63,955 nucleotides of DNA from Armatimonadota bacterium (lineage in GTDB: Bacteria; Armatimonadota; Fimbriimonadia; Fimbriimonadales; Fimbriimonadaceae), in contig JANNQV010000034.1 in the NCBI GenBank assembly GCA_031400935.1, positions 1-63,955 of the forward strand, read 5' to 3'. Positions 28,528 to 37,579 of the stretch are shown here, in pieces (the first letter of the stretch is position 1; every line of letters starts with the position of its first letter). Both the position numbers and the translations under genes were made by a program. The notes under the pieces are model-generated. The model saw only the letters and a program-made list of their open reading frames with translations. It was not told the DNA's origin and searched no databases.

Positions 28528-29586
28528 CTACTCTAACAACGAAATCTGTCCTGATTCCAACTCTAGAAGCCTCTGCTTTCGCCATATCCCGCCGCCGTAG
28601 CCGCAAAGAGTTCCATCGCTACGAATGACCCGATGACAGGGGATGAGGATGGCGATTCGGTTGTCGCCATTTGCCTTTCCTACTGCCCTTTGAGCATCTG
28701 GCTTGCCAATGTTTGCCGCCATTTCGCCATACGAGCGGGTTTCACCGTATGGAATCGCAAGCAGTTCCTTCCACGCTGATTCCTGAAACTCTGATCCCGG
28801 AGCCGAAAGTGGAACTGAAAATTCCTTTCGCTCACCCCGGAAATATTCACTCAGTTCCGTTTCCAATTGTTGAAGCAGTTTGTTCGAACCCGGAGCAAAA
28901 TGGCAGTCCAAACGTTTTTGCAGAGTCGTTACTTGTGCAGGAAGCATTCGCCTTTCAGCAAATTCGAGCAAAACTAGCGCTTCCGAAGTTGCACCTGCGA
29001 TCATAGGCCCTAGGGGAGTGTCAATCCATTTCAGCAGAACGGGAGTTTTGCCTCTTGCCATGCTTGGCGGAAATCCAAACGCCCTTTGAAAAGCGTCGCG
29101 AAACCCGCTGGTTGACTCAAATCCTGCATCCATAGCTGTCTCGATCACTTTTACACCGTTCCTCAATTGCGAAAACGCCTCACCCAATCTTCTTCCGCGG
29201 GCGAAGGCTTGAAAAGTCATTCCAAAGTTCTGTTTGAAGTATCTCCGAACACGAGAAGGCTCGATATTGTTCGACCGAAGGTCTCGATCTCGAATCTTAT
29301 GATCTGCCGATGATTCTACAAGTTCGATTGCGCTACGAACCCAAGTCGGCGTTATTGATCCGACTTCCAATGGTCGGCATAACTTGCACGGACGATAGCC
29401 TGCAAACACGGCTTCTCGGGGCAATGAAAAGAACTCGACGTTCTTGGCCAACGGCGTTCGGGCTTTGCATCCAGGGCGACAAAAGATTCTTGTCGTTTTG
29501 ACGGCGACAACAAAAATGCCTTCAAATTGGGAATCTGAATTAGCAACTGCATGATACATTTCGTCGAAACTTGGCAATAGAATCAT
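28528..29586 (-). CDS. ada: Bifunctional Ada: Zn-binding methylphosphotriester domain, AraC HTH, O6-methylguanine methyltransferase
   Basis: 'FCRPGCKAR', 'YRPCKLCRP', 'GFESTSGFRDAF', 'IPCHRV'. Confidence 0.95.
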   Translation of the reverse strand: MILLPSFDEMYHAVANSDSQFEGIFVVAVKTTRIFCRPGCKARTPLAKNVEFFSLPREAVFAGYRPCKLCRPLEVGSITPTWVRSAIELVESSADHKIRDRDLRSNNIEPSRVRRYFKQNFGMTFQAFARGRRLGEAFSQLRNGVKVIETAMDAGFESTSGFRDAFQRAFGFPPSMARGKTPVLLKWIDTPLGPMIAGATSEALVLLEFAERRMLPAQVTTLQKRLDCHFAPGSNKLLQQLETELSEYFRGERKEFSVPLSAPGSEFQESAWKELLAIPYGETRSYGEMAANIGKPDAQRAVGKANGDNRIAILIPCHRVIRSDGTLCGYGGGIWRKQRLLELESGQISLLE

Positions 29587-29758
29587 GAATTGAGAATACA
29601 CGCATTGCAATCTTGGCGACGCCGAAAAGTTGACAAGTATGTTGGAATGTGACTTGTCCGTCCCGCCAATGCAAAGATTTTGAAATGCGTCACGCTAGGG
29701 TATCCTTTGAACTTAGCCCGAACCGCCGAGTTGCGCGGGCAACAATTTCAAGGACCCT

Positions 29759-30268
29759 ATGCGAGTTAGAAACAAAGAAATGCGAGCGCGCCGACAACGA
29801 AAAGAAGAGCGCGTCAAACAAATTATCAAAGACATCAAGGCTGGAACTTATGTCAAGGCAGTAGCCGTAAAAGCTGAACCCAAAGTAAAGATTGAGCCAG
29901 TCAAGAAGCCAGTTGCGGTTAAGCCAGAACCGAAGCCAAAGGCTGAATCGAAGCCAGAGATTGAAACTGTTGAAGAAGCCGTAGCCGTTGAAGCAACGGT
30001 TGAGGCTATAGTTGTTGAGAAACCTGCGAAGGCAATAGCAGCTCCTAAGGCCGAAAAACCTGCCAAGGCAGTAGCAAAGCCAAAAGCTGAAAAACCTGCG
30101 AAAGCTGAAGCAAAGCCAAAAGCTGAAAAACCTGCCAAGGCAGTAGCAAAGCCAAAAGCTGAAAAACCTGCGAAGGCTGAAGCAAAGCCAAATGCAGAAG
30201 CGAAGCCAAAATCTGGAAAGCCTAAGGCCGCCACCGCAAAGCCAAAGAAAGCTCCTGCTAAAAAATAG
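29759..30268 (+). CDS. Lys/Ala/Pro-rich histone H1-like protein
   Basis: Basic N-terminal helix, then five 12-aa EKPAKA(V/E/I)AKPKA-type repeats. Confidence 0.7.
   Translation: MRVRNKEMRARRQRKEERVKQIIKDIKAGTYVKAVAVKAEPKVKIEPVKKPVAVKPEPKPKAESKPEIETVEEAVAVEATVEAIVVEKPAKAIAAPKAEKPAKAVAKPKAEKPAKAEAKPKAEKPAKAVAKPKAEKPAKAEAKPNAEAKPKSGKPKAATAKPKKAPAKK
30017..30196 (+). repeat. Coding tandem repeat, 5 x 36 nt (last four units alternate A/B, giving a 72-nt higher-order unit)
   Basis: gaaaaacctgccaaggcagtagcaaagccaaaagct / gaaaaacctgcgaaagctgaagcaaagccaaaagct alternating. Confidence 0.9.
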
Positions 30269-30291
30269 GCAATCGTCGGAATTCAAAAATC

Positions 30292-30323
30292 AAAAGAGCC
30301 ATCGCATTTGCGATGGCTCTTTT
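30292..30323. terminator. Bidirectional intrinsic terminator
   Basis: AAAAGAGCCATCGCA-TT-TGCGATGGCTCTTTT between convergent genes. Confidence 0.9.
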
Positions 30324-30343
30324 CTTGTTTCAAAAACGAGAAG

Positions 30344-31063
30344 CTAACCAGCCAATTTGGCAGTTGTAGTCGCATCGAGATGAACTCCAGGGCCCATCGT
30401 CGAACTCATCGTAATCGTCTTTATGAACTTGCCCTTTGCTGTTGAAGGCTTGGCCCTAATCAAAGCATGAAGCGCAACAAGGAAATTTTCCTTTATCTGT
30501 GCTTCGGTGAAGCTCGCTTTCCCAATTCCCATGTGCACCACGCCAGCTTTGTCAATTCGATATTCGACACGAGTTGCGCCCTTAATTTCCTTTACCGCTT
30601 GGCCGATGTTGCTAGTTACCGTTCCATTGCGCTTGTTGGGAGTCTTTGGGCCGAGCACTCGTCCAACTTTACCAAGTTGGGGAGCCATTTCATCGGTCGC
30701 CAATACCACATCAAAATCTTTGAACCCAGCAAGAATTTTCGCGATCAGGTCTTCATCGCCGACTACATCTGCACCAGCTTCCTCGGCTTCTTTTGCCAAT
30801 TCGCCTTTTGCGAGAACGGCAACTTTTTTGATTTTTCCAGTTCCATGAGGAAGGTTGGTAATTCCTCGAACGTTTTGGTCTGACTTTCGGGGATCAACTC
30901 CAAGTCGAACGGCCAAGTCAATGGACTCGGGGAATTTTGCGGTTGCAGACTTTACAACGATGCCAATGGCTTCGTCGAGTTCGTAGAATTTGGTCGCGTC
31001 AACCGATTTTGTCGCCTCAAGATAGCGCGGCGAATGCGCATTTTTACGTATGTTTTTTCTCAA
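30344..31063 (-). CDS. rplA: 50S ribosomal protein L1
   Basis: 'KFPESIDLAVRLGVDPRKSDQNVRG..LPHGTGK', 'LGRVLGP-like GRVLGPK', 'SSTMGPG'; TTG start with GAGG RBS. Confidence 0.97.
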   Translation of the reverse strand: MRKNIRKNAHSPRYLEATKSVDATKFYELDEAIGIVVKSATAKFPESIDLAVRLGVDPRKSDQNVRGITNLPHGTGKIKKVAVLAKGELAKEAEEAGADVVGDEDLIAKILAGFKDFDVVLATDEMAPQLGKVGRVLGPKTPNKRNGTVTSNIGQAVKEIKGATRVEYRIDKAGVVHMGIGKASFTEAQIKENFLVALHALIRAKPSTAKGKFIKTITMSSTMGPGVHLDATTTAKLAG

Positions 31064-31074
31064 ATTTTAACCTC

Positions 31075-31110
31075 GTGGTGCGGGCGTTCCAAGTTCATTG
31101 GAACTCCCAC
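31075..31110 (-). promoter_or_regulatory. Putative L1-binding autoregulatory mRNA leader
   Basis: Minus strand GUGGGAG-UUCCAA-UGAAC-UUGGAA-CGCCCGC-ACCAC immediately before the RBS; resembles the GUGGGAG...ACCAC L1-binding fold. Confidence 0.6.
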
Positions 31111-31335
31111 AAGATGGGTAAAGAATACCACATTGAGCCTGATGTCGGGTAACAAACTCTCGATTTTGGAAGAATTGAAAGGGACTTGACTAGAAAGATG
31201 CGCCCGCATACCGAAGGCGACTCTTGATGAGCGCTATCTAGAATTCTTGGCTAGCAAGCTCCTATGAAGTATCATTTGGCAAGAGATTGAGTCGAAAACT
31301 CAATCAATTTCAATTCAGCATCCCAAGATTCACTC

Positions 31336-31773
31336 ATGATTCGTAAAGCTCTTAAGGATTTCCAATGGGACGGCGTGGATGTCTTGCCCTACAAGGAAAC
31401 GGGCACTCATTTCAAGTCCATCTCACGCCAAACGCTTTTTGCTGACGGCGTTGACATCCCAGTTGAACTGCGCTATTTTGAGATTTTAGCGGACGGATAT
31501 TCGACCCTTGAACGGCACGAGCACGAGCATGTTGTCATGGTGATTCGTGGCTGCGGCGAGGTCTTTGTGGGTTCAAAAGTCACCGAAATTGGGCTTCATG
31601 ATATCGTGCATATCCCTCCGATGACGTGGCATCAGTTTCGGGCAAATCTGGGCGAACCGCTGGGGATTCTGTGTTTGGTTAGCTGCAAAAGAGATCGGCC
31701 TCAAAGGCCGGAAGGTGCAGATTTAGATCAACTTAGCGAGATTGATTCGGTTAGGGAGTTCTTAAGGGTATGA
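31336..31773 (+). CDS. Cupin domain protein
   Basis: 'STLERHEHEHVV...G.G', 'DIVHIPPMTWHQF'; overlaps the metY start (ATGA). Confidence 0.85.
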   Translation: MIRKALKDFQWDGVDVLPYKETGTHFKSISRQTLFADGVDIPVELRYFEILADGYSTLERHEHEHVVMVIRGCGEVFVGSKVTEIGLHDIVHIPPMTWHQFRANLGEPLGILCLVSCKRDRPQRPEGADLDQLSEIDSVREFLRV

Positions 31774-33053
31774 GTGCCCGCGAATTTGGATTTGAAACCC
31801 GAATGCTTCATGCCGGACAAATTCCTGATCCATACGTGGGTGCCCGTGCGACCCCAATTTACCAAACGACTTCGTATGTGTTTGGCGACACCGACGAGGC
31901 AGCTCACCTCTTTGAACTAAAGCAGTACGGCAACATCTATTCGCGAATTAGCAATCCCACGACTGCGGTTTTGGAAGAACGAGTGGCGTCTCTCGAGGGT
32001 GGAACGGGCGCTGTTGCCGTCGCAAGCGGCATGGCGGCTCAATTTGGCATGGTAATGACACTTTGCAGTCCGGGCGACCACATGGTTGCTTCGAATCAGC
32101 TATACGGCGGAAGTTTGACTCAACTTGCCCACACGCTCAAGAAATTGTCGGTGGAAGTGACATTCGTTGACCCTTCCGATATAAATGCCTGGGAAGCGGC
32201 GATCATTTCCAAAACTAGACTTTTGTTTGTCGAGACCATCGGAAATCCTGTCGGGACTATCGCCGACTTAGAGGCTCTCGGCAAATTGGCGAAGGCAAAG
32301 CACGTTCCGCTTGCCGTTGACAACACATTTGCAACTCCGTATCTATGCCGCCCGATTGAATGGGGCGCGACGATTGTGATACATAGCGCGACGAAATTCA
32401 TAGGCGGACATGGAACCAGCATCGGCGGAGTCGTGGTAGATTCTGGAGACTTTGATTTCTCGGAATTCCCTACCATAGCCGAACCTTCAGATTCGTATCA
32501 TGGGCTCAAGTTTTTCGATACATTTGGGCACTACGGATTCTTGATGAAGCTTCGTGCTGAGACGGTGCGAGATACGGGTGCGTGCATCTCGCCGTTCAAT
32601 TCCTTTTTGCTGTTGCAAGGGCTCGAAACGCTGTCATTGCGAATGGAAAGGCACGTTTCAAATGCTCAGGCGGTTGCAGAGTTTTTGGAAGCTCATCCCA
32701 AAGTTGCCAAAGTAAATTATGCGGGTTTGCCAAGCCATCCGCATTTCGATTTGGCAAAGAAGTATCTGCCAAAGGGTCCTGGGGCGGTTATGTCGTTTGA
32801 AATCAATTCGGGCACCGACGACGCTCGGTTGGCTGGCAAGAATTTCATCGAGTCGCTTGAACTGTTTTCGCATTTGGCAAACGTGGGAGATGCAAAGAGT
32901 TTGGTGATCCACCCCGGCTCAACAACGCATCAACAGCTATCGGATGCTGAATTGGAAGCTTGCGGAATTGCTGCTTCGACGATTCGGCTTTCTGTCGGAC
33001 TAGAAACAACGGAGGATTTGCTATGGGATTTGGATCAGGCTTTGGGGCACTGA
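31770..33053 (+). CDS. metY: O-acetylhomoserine aminocarboxypropyltransferase (sulfhydrylase)
   Basis: 'PIYQTTSY', 'YSRISNPT', PLP site 'HSATKFIGGHG', 'HLANVGDAKSLVIHP.STTH.QL'. Confidence 0.93.
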   Translation: MSAREFGFETRMLHAGQIPDPYVGARATPIYQTTSYVFGDTDEAAHLFELKQYGNIYSRISNPTTAVLEERVASLEGGTGAVAVASGMAAQFGMVMTLCSPGDHMVASNQLYGGSLTQLAHTLKKLSVEVTFVDPSDINAWEAAIISKTRLLFVETIGNPVGTIADLEALGKLAKAKHVPLAVDNTFATPYLCRPIEWGATIVIHSATKFIGGHGTSIGGVVVDSGDFDFSEFPTIAEPSDSYHGLKFFDTFGHYGFLMKLRAETVRDTGACISPFNSFLLLQGLETLSLRMERHVSNAQAVAEFLEAHPKVAKVNYAGLPSHPHFDLAKKYLPKGPGAVMSFEINSGTDDARLAGKNFIESLELFSHLANVGDAKSLVIHPGSTTHQQLSDAELEACGIAASTIRLSVGLETTEDLLWDLDQALGH

Positions 33054-33061
33054 CGAGTTTC

Positions 33062-33116
33062 AGCCCCCTCCTTTTAGCGAGGAACGAGCAAAGAGGAAGG
33101 GGTTGGGGGTGGAGTT
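33062..33116. repeat. GC-skewed palindromic element (intergenic copy)
   Basis: agccccctccttttagcgaggaacgagcaaagaggaaggggttgggggtggagtt; close sister copy at 46663-46715. Confidence 0.85.
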
Positions 33117-33184
33117 CCGGAAACGGCAAGTTTAACGTCCATCAATTCCGTTCAGGGTCTTTAGGTGTGGGTCATTTTTGGATT

Positions 33185-33280
33185 CTGGCACCCCTCCGGG
33201 GTGCTGAGATAGGGCGTGCTCTGAACCCGGAGTCTCACAGATTCGACTCCGGGCTATTAAGCTTCGATCCCTTCAGGACC
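33185..33280. repeat. REP-like multi-hairpin element
   Basis: GCACCCC-TCC-GGGGTGC (33188-33204), CCCGGAGTC-N10-GACTCCGGG (33226-33253), then TCC-CTTC-AGGA. Confidence 0.65.
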
Positions 33281-33326
33281 GTTTTTCGACAATTCGGATC
33301 GGGGCTCGAAATTGGGGTTCAAAATA

Positions 33327-33848
33327 ATGGAAAACATGATTAGTTGCGACATTAGACTCAACAGCGCGTTCACAAACGAGCAAAGGGCTCGTTACCAAAG
33401 TGCCAGCACAATTCAAAAACTGTTAAGAGATTCAAAGACAATCGCAATCGTCGGACTTTCAACGGAGAAAACGAAAGCCAGCAACATGGTGGGGTCGTAC
33501 CTTCAAGACGCAGGATATCGGGTCATACCGGTCCACCCCAAAGCCGATGAAATATTGGGTGAAAAATGCTATCCAACGCTCTTAGAGATTCCTGACAACG
33601 TGGACATCGTTGATATTTTCCGCCCAGCAAACGAGGTTCAAGGAATTGTCGAGCAAGCAATCCAAATTAAAGCAAAAGCAATCTGGATGCAGCTACGAAT
33701 TGTGAACTTTGAAGCCGCAGAGTTAGCGATTGAAAATAGACTTCATGCCATCGTGGATAAGTGCATCAAGATGGAACATGGAAGATACAGCGGGATGCTT
33801 CATTGGGCGGGAATGAATACGGAAATCATTTCTGCGAGGCGCCGATAG
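33327..33848 (+). CDS. CoA-binding protein (YccU-like)
   Basis: 'TIAIVGLS', 'GYRVIPV.P', 'VDIVDIFR', 'WMQL', 'DKCIKMEH'. Confidence 0.9.
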   Translation: MENMISCDIRLNSAFTNEQRARYQSASTIQKLLRDSKTIAIVGLSTEKTKASNMVGSYLQDAGYRVIPVHPKADEILGEKCYPTLLEIPDNVDIVDIFRPANEVQGIVEQAIQIKAKAIWMQLRIVNFEAAELAIENRLHAIVDKCIKMEHGRYSGMLHWAGMNTEIISARRR

Positions 33849-33885
33849 AATTGGCGCATTCCCAAACTACGCTGGAAATGGAACT

Positions 33886-34398
33886 TTGCTTTCTCAAATC
33901 CCGGTATTCTCTCCAAGTGTTGAGAACTCTGCGTTGGAAGTGGAAGCGCAGGTGACTAGGCAACAATGGTCGGTGCGAGTTCGCACCCAAAATGAACCTA
34001 CGGTCACCGCTCCTCTAAGAGGGGCTAATTTGTGTTTGCTCGACACCCTGAGCTTTGACCCAAAAGCAAAGCTCCCATGTTCTCTCGAATCGGCCCTTGC
34101 GTCGTATGGAGCCGACATAGTCACCGGATTCAAGCGCGTTTTGAATCAGAAACGTGTCGAGGTCTTTTCGATTGAAGCGGATGTGAAAGCCAGTGTTGAA
34201 AATCCGATGGTTCACATCGGAGTCGTTGGAGAATTCGGCTCTCCGAGAATCGATCAGATTCGGGCAACACTTTACGTCACAGCAAACTGCGAGAGAAATC
34301 TCCTTGAAACCCTTTTGGCGACCGTCTTGGAACGGTCGCCACTTCACCAAACCCTGATTCGAGCGACTGAAATTCAGGTTCGGCTCGTAAGCTCGTGA
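33886..34398 (+). CDS. OsmC/Ohr-fold protein (start uncertain; canonical catalytic Cys pair not evident)
   Basis: 'P.SLESALASYGADI...IEA.V...I.ATLYV...RSPLHQTL' follows the OsmC pattern P.E.LL.AL.(C)...(C)P....L. Confidence 0.6.
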   Translation: MLSQIPVFSPSVENSALEVEAQVTRQQWSVRVRTQNEPTVTAPLRGANLCLLDTLSFDPKAKLPCSLESALASYGADIVTGFKRVLNQKRVEVFSIEADVKASVENPMVHIGVVGEFGSPRIDQIRATLYVTANCERNLLETLLATVLERSPLHQTLIRATEIQVRLVSS

Positions 34399-35558
34399 GA
34401 AACACCATGTACAGACTCCAAACTGAAGACCAAAACTTGATCAACAAACTTGCCACTATCGCGGATTCAGCCATTGCACCCCATGCCGGCGACGTTGATG
34501 CGAACAGCCGTTTTCCAAAAGAAGCCCTGTCTGCACTTGCATCTGAGGGCTACTTTGGCTTGACCGTCCCGACCGACTTCGGCGGTCAGGGGAGAGGCCT
34601 CAGGGTTGCCGCCGCGGCGGTCGAGACTGTTTCACAGCGCGACGCAAGCGCAGGCATGGTCTTTTTGATGCACTTATGCGGAATCCAGGCGTACATCGCG
34701 AATCCAATCGCATGTGGCGACTATTTGCGCGCCGCAGCAAAGGGTGACCACCTTACGACTCTTGCCTGGAGCGAGCGAGGCAGCCGCAGCCATTTTTGGG
34801 CTCCGATGAGCGAAGAAACTCAGAATGGCGAAACGGTTTCTCTCAATGGCGTCAAGAGCTGGGTTACGAGTGCAGGTGAAGCGGATGGCTATGTGGTAAC
34901 AACGAGAGTTGCTGGCGCAGAAAGCCCAATGGCGATCACGCTATATACTGTGGAAAAGGGAGATTCTGGATTCAAAATCGAGTCTGCCTGGGACGCGTTA
35001 GGTCTAAGAGGCAATGCAAGTGCGCCGATGGTAATGCAAAACCTCACGATTCCAAAGTCGCGGGCAGTTTCGAACCCAGGACAAGGTATGGACATCATGA
35101 TGGGAGCAGTGCTTCCCATGTTTGCAACTGGCAACTGCGCATGTTCTATCGGTATTTCAGAAGCGGCATTTTCGGCTACCCAGGGCCACCTTGGAGCCTC
35201 GAAATTGCTGCATCTCAATCAATCGCTGCAAGACATTCCAGTTTTGCGAGACCGGTTGGCAAGGATGAGAATAAGAATTGACCAGGCGCGTTCGTACTTG
35301 GCAGATACGTTCGACAAGATCGAGTCAGGCGATCCCGCGACGATGCTGCATGTCTTAGGAACAAAGGCGCAGGGAGCGGAAGCCGTCTTGGAAGTAACAG
35401 ACATTGCAATGAGGGCTTGCGGAGGCGCGGCTTTCAGCAAGCACTTGAGCTTGGAGCGAAATTTCAGGGATGCTAGAGCTATGACTGTGATGGCGCCCAC
35501 AACAGATGTTCTGCACGATTTCATGGGCAAGGCTTTGCTCGGCATGGAGTTGTTTTAA
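34395..35558 (+). CDS. Acyl-CoA dehydrogenase-family flavoprotein
   Basis: 'LAWSE.GS', 'LNGVKSWVTSAG.AD', 'LGLRGN.S', 'GGAAF....LERNFRDAR'. Confidence 0.9.
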   Translation: MRNTMYRLQTEDQNLINKLATIADSAIAPHAGDVDANSRFPKEALSALASEGYFGLTVPTDFGGQGRGLRVAAAAVETVSQRDASAGMVFLMHLCGIQAYIANPIACGDYLRAAAKGDHLTTLAWSERGSRSHFWAPMSEETQNGETVSLNGVKSWVTSAGEADGYVVTTRVAGAESPMAITLYTVEKGDSGFKIESAWDALGLRGNASAPMVMQNLTIPKSRAVSNPGQGMDIMMGAVLPMFATGNCACSIGISEAAFSATQGHLGASKLLHLNQSLQDIPVLRDRLARMRIRIDQARSYLADTFDKIESGDPATMLHVLGTKAQGAEAVLEVTDIAMRACGGAAFSKHLSLERNFRDARAMTVMAPTTDVLHDFMGKALLGMELF

Positions 35559-36371
35559 ATGCCAGAACCAATTCAAATTGGCGCCGTAGCGTATGATGCC
35601 AAAGTTGTTGTGATCTGGGACATCATTCGGGAGTTTTTTGAAGCCGAAGGCGCTCCGATAGACTACACCCTATATACAAACTACGAAAAGCTTGTGGATG
35701 CGCTCCGAGCCGGACAAGTGGAAATTGCCTGGAATTCGCCTCTTGCTTGGGTAGATTCTGAACGAAGGCTTGCCCCAGGCTGTCGTGCGATCGCGATGCG
35801 CGACACAGACCAAGATCGCGTCTCGCACATATTAGTGCGAACCGATTCCGGAATCAATTCGATTGCCGATCTAAAGGGCAAAGCGGTCGGCTTTGGCGCG
35901 AAAGACTCGCCACAAGCAACACTCATTCCAATAGGGCTTTTGCTGCGAAACGGACTCTCAGAAGGTGCGGACTATACGGGCAAGAGATTTGATGTTCTTG
36001 TCGGCAAGCATGGCGACCATATTGGCGGCGAAAAGGACGCGCTGCAGGCCCTACTAATTGGCGAGGTTGACGCGTGCTGTTGCCTTGATTTGAATTGGGC
36101 ACTTTGGAGCCAAGATGGGACGGCGGACGCCTCTAAAGTTCGTATTCTTGCAACGACAGAGCAGTTCGACCATTGCGTTTTCACCGTCGCCCAGTCGTTT
36201 GATCGGGAACGAGAAGGACAATTTCTAGACGTATTGTTCCGTATGACATACGAAAATCCCGATCATCGCGAGATGATGGACATGGAAGGCTTGAGGGAAT
36301 GGAAAATCGGGCGGACATCTGGTTTTGGACCGCTGAATGAGGCTGTCGGCATGATGGGCTACTTCGAATGA
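35559..36371 (+). CDS. PhnD/SsuA/transferrin-fold substrate-binding-like protein without signal peptide
   Basis: 'NYEKLVDAL.AG.V.IAW', 'I.SIADLKGK.V.FG..DS'; no N-terminal h-region; His-rich 'GKHGDHIGGE'. Confidence 0.8.
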   Translation: MPEPIQIGAVAYDAKVVVIWDIIREFFEAEGAPIDYTLYTNYEKLVDALRAGQVEIAWNSPLAWVDSERRLAPGCRAIAMRDTDQDRVSHILVRTDSGINSIADLKGKAVGFGAKDSPQATLIPIGLLLRNGLSEGADYTGKRFDVLVGKHGDHIGGEKDALQALLIGEVDACCCLDLNWALWSQDGTADASKVRILATTEQFDHCVFTVAQSFDREREGQFLDVLFRMTYENPDHREMMDMEGLREWKIGRTSGFGPLNEAVGMMGYFE

Positions 36372-37507
36372 GCCTTCCCCTATTCCCTGTAACGACGGTA
36401 GGAAGCTGGCCTCGCCCGCGCGATCTAATTTTGGCGCAACGGCGCAAGCAAATTGGAACGATCACAGCCGAGGAGTTTGAGAAAGTTGCTGATGATTGCA
36501 TCGCGAATCTGATTCAAATTCAAGAACGGATTGGGCTAGATATTCTGACCGACGGCGAGCAGCGACGAGACAATTTCTATTCCTTTGTTGCTGAAAAGCT
36601 CGACGGCGTTCGCTTGATGACTCTTTCAGAGATGCTCGACCTCGTGGACGACCGGCAGGGATTCGAAGAGCTTCTGGACCGGCTCGACGTGCCCTCAACG
36701 GCTATCAAAAACCCGACGTGTGTGGGTCGAATTTCGAGGCGATCACCGCTTGCGGTTCACGAAGCGAAGTTCGTCAAATCGCTGACTAGCCGTCCGCTCA
36801 AGGTTCCGTTGCCTGGTCCTTACCTGCTCACAAGGGCTATGTGGGTTCCAGAGGTTGCAGGCAAGCACTACGACAGCAAGGAAGAACTCGCCGAAGATGT
36901 GCTGAAGATTTTGATCGAGGAAATTCAGGAGCTTGCTGACTTGGGAGTTGAGTTCGTCCAACTAGATGAGCCGGTTTTGACTGAACTTGTGTTCACGCAA
37001 GGGCAAACGCGAACGTTTATGTGCGCTGCTCTTGCTGCTAGAAAGGACCCGGCAGAAGAACTCGAATTCGCCGTTAAACTGATGAACCGAATTGCAGAAA
37101 GCACTCCCGCAACAGTTAGGCTTGGAATGCACGTTTGCAGAGGTAACTGGAGCACAAAGGAAGTGACTTTGCTATCAGGTAACTACGGCCCTTTGGAGCA
37201 GTACTTCGCTCGAATGAATGTTCAGCAGCTTGTTCTGGAATACGCGACACCACGCGCTGGCGACTTGATTACCTTTCCCGAAAAGGAACTTGGGCTTGGC
37301 GTTGTAAATCCTCGAACAGCGGAGATTGAAACGCCGGAAACGATTTGTGCTCGGATTGAAGAAGCCTTACAGTTTTGGCCCAAGGAAGCGATTTTTTTGA
37401 ATCCGGATTGTGGGTTTGCTACTTTTAGCGAACGAGAAATGAACTCGCAAGAAATCGCGGAGAGGAAAATGGAGTCAATTGTGGAAGCCGCAAGAAGGAT
37501 GAGGTAG
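36368..37507 (+). CDS. Cobalamin-independent methionine synthase II family (single-barrel MetE C-domain)
   Basis: 'TTVGSWPRP', 'TDGEQRR', 'VQLDEP', Zn ligands 'HVCRGN', 'LEY' and 'PDCGF'; lacks the N-terminal MetE barrel. Confidence 0.9.
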   Translation: MSLPLFPVTTVGSWPRPRDLILAQRRKQIGTITAEEFEKVADDCIANLIQIQERIGLDILTDGEQRRDNFYSFVAEKLDGVRLMTLSEMLDLVDDRQGFEELLDRLDVPSTAIKNPTCVGRISRRSPLAVHEAKFVKSLTSRPLKVPLPGPYLLTRAMWVPEVAGKHYDSKEELAEDVLKILIEEIQELADLGVEFVQLDEPVLTELVFTQGQTRTFMCAALAARKDPAEELEFAVKLMNRIAESTPATVRLGMHVCRGNWSTKEVTLLSGNYGPLEQYFARMNVQQLVLEYATPRAGDLITFPEKELGLGVVNPRTAEIETPETICARIEEALQFWPKEAIFLNPDCGFATFSEREMNSQEIAERKMESIVEAARRMR

Positions 37508-37579
37508 TTCAAAACTTTTCCCCATTCCTTCCCCATTTTGAGATTTCGACTACCAAACGGTGTTAAATAGCAGTTCCGA

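Noticed and set aside
30017..30196. 36-nt periodic repeats resembling a CRISPR array
   Set aside because: Contiguous in-frame coding units with no unique spacers and no cas genes.
31219..31232. CTCATCAAGAG (minus strand) resembling the start of a SAM-I riboswitch near metY
   Set aside because: Wrong strand for metY, and the downstream SAM-I core motifs are absent.
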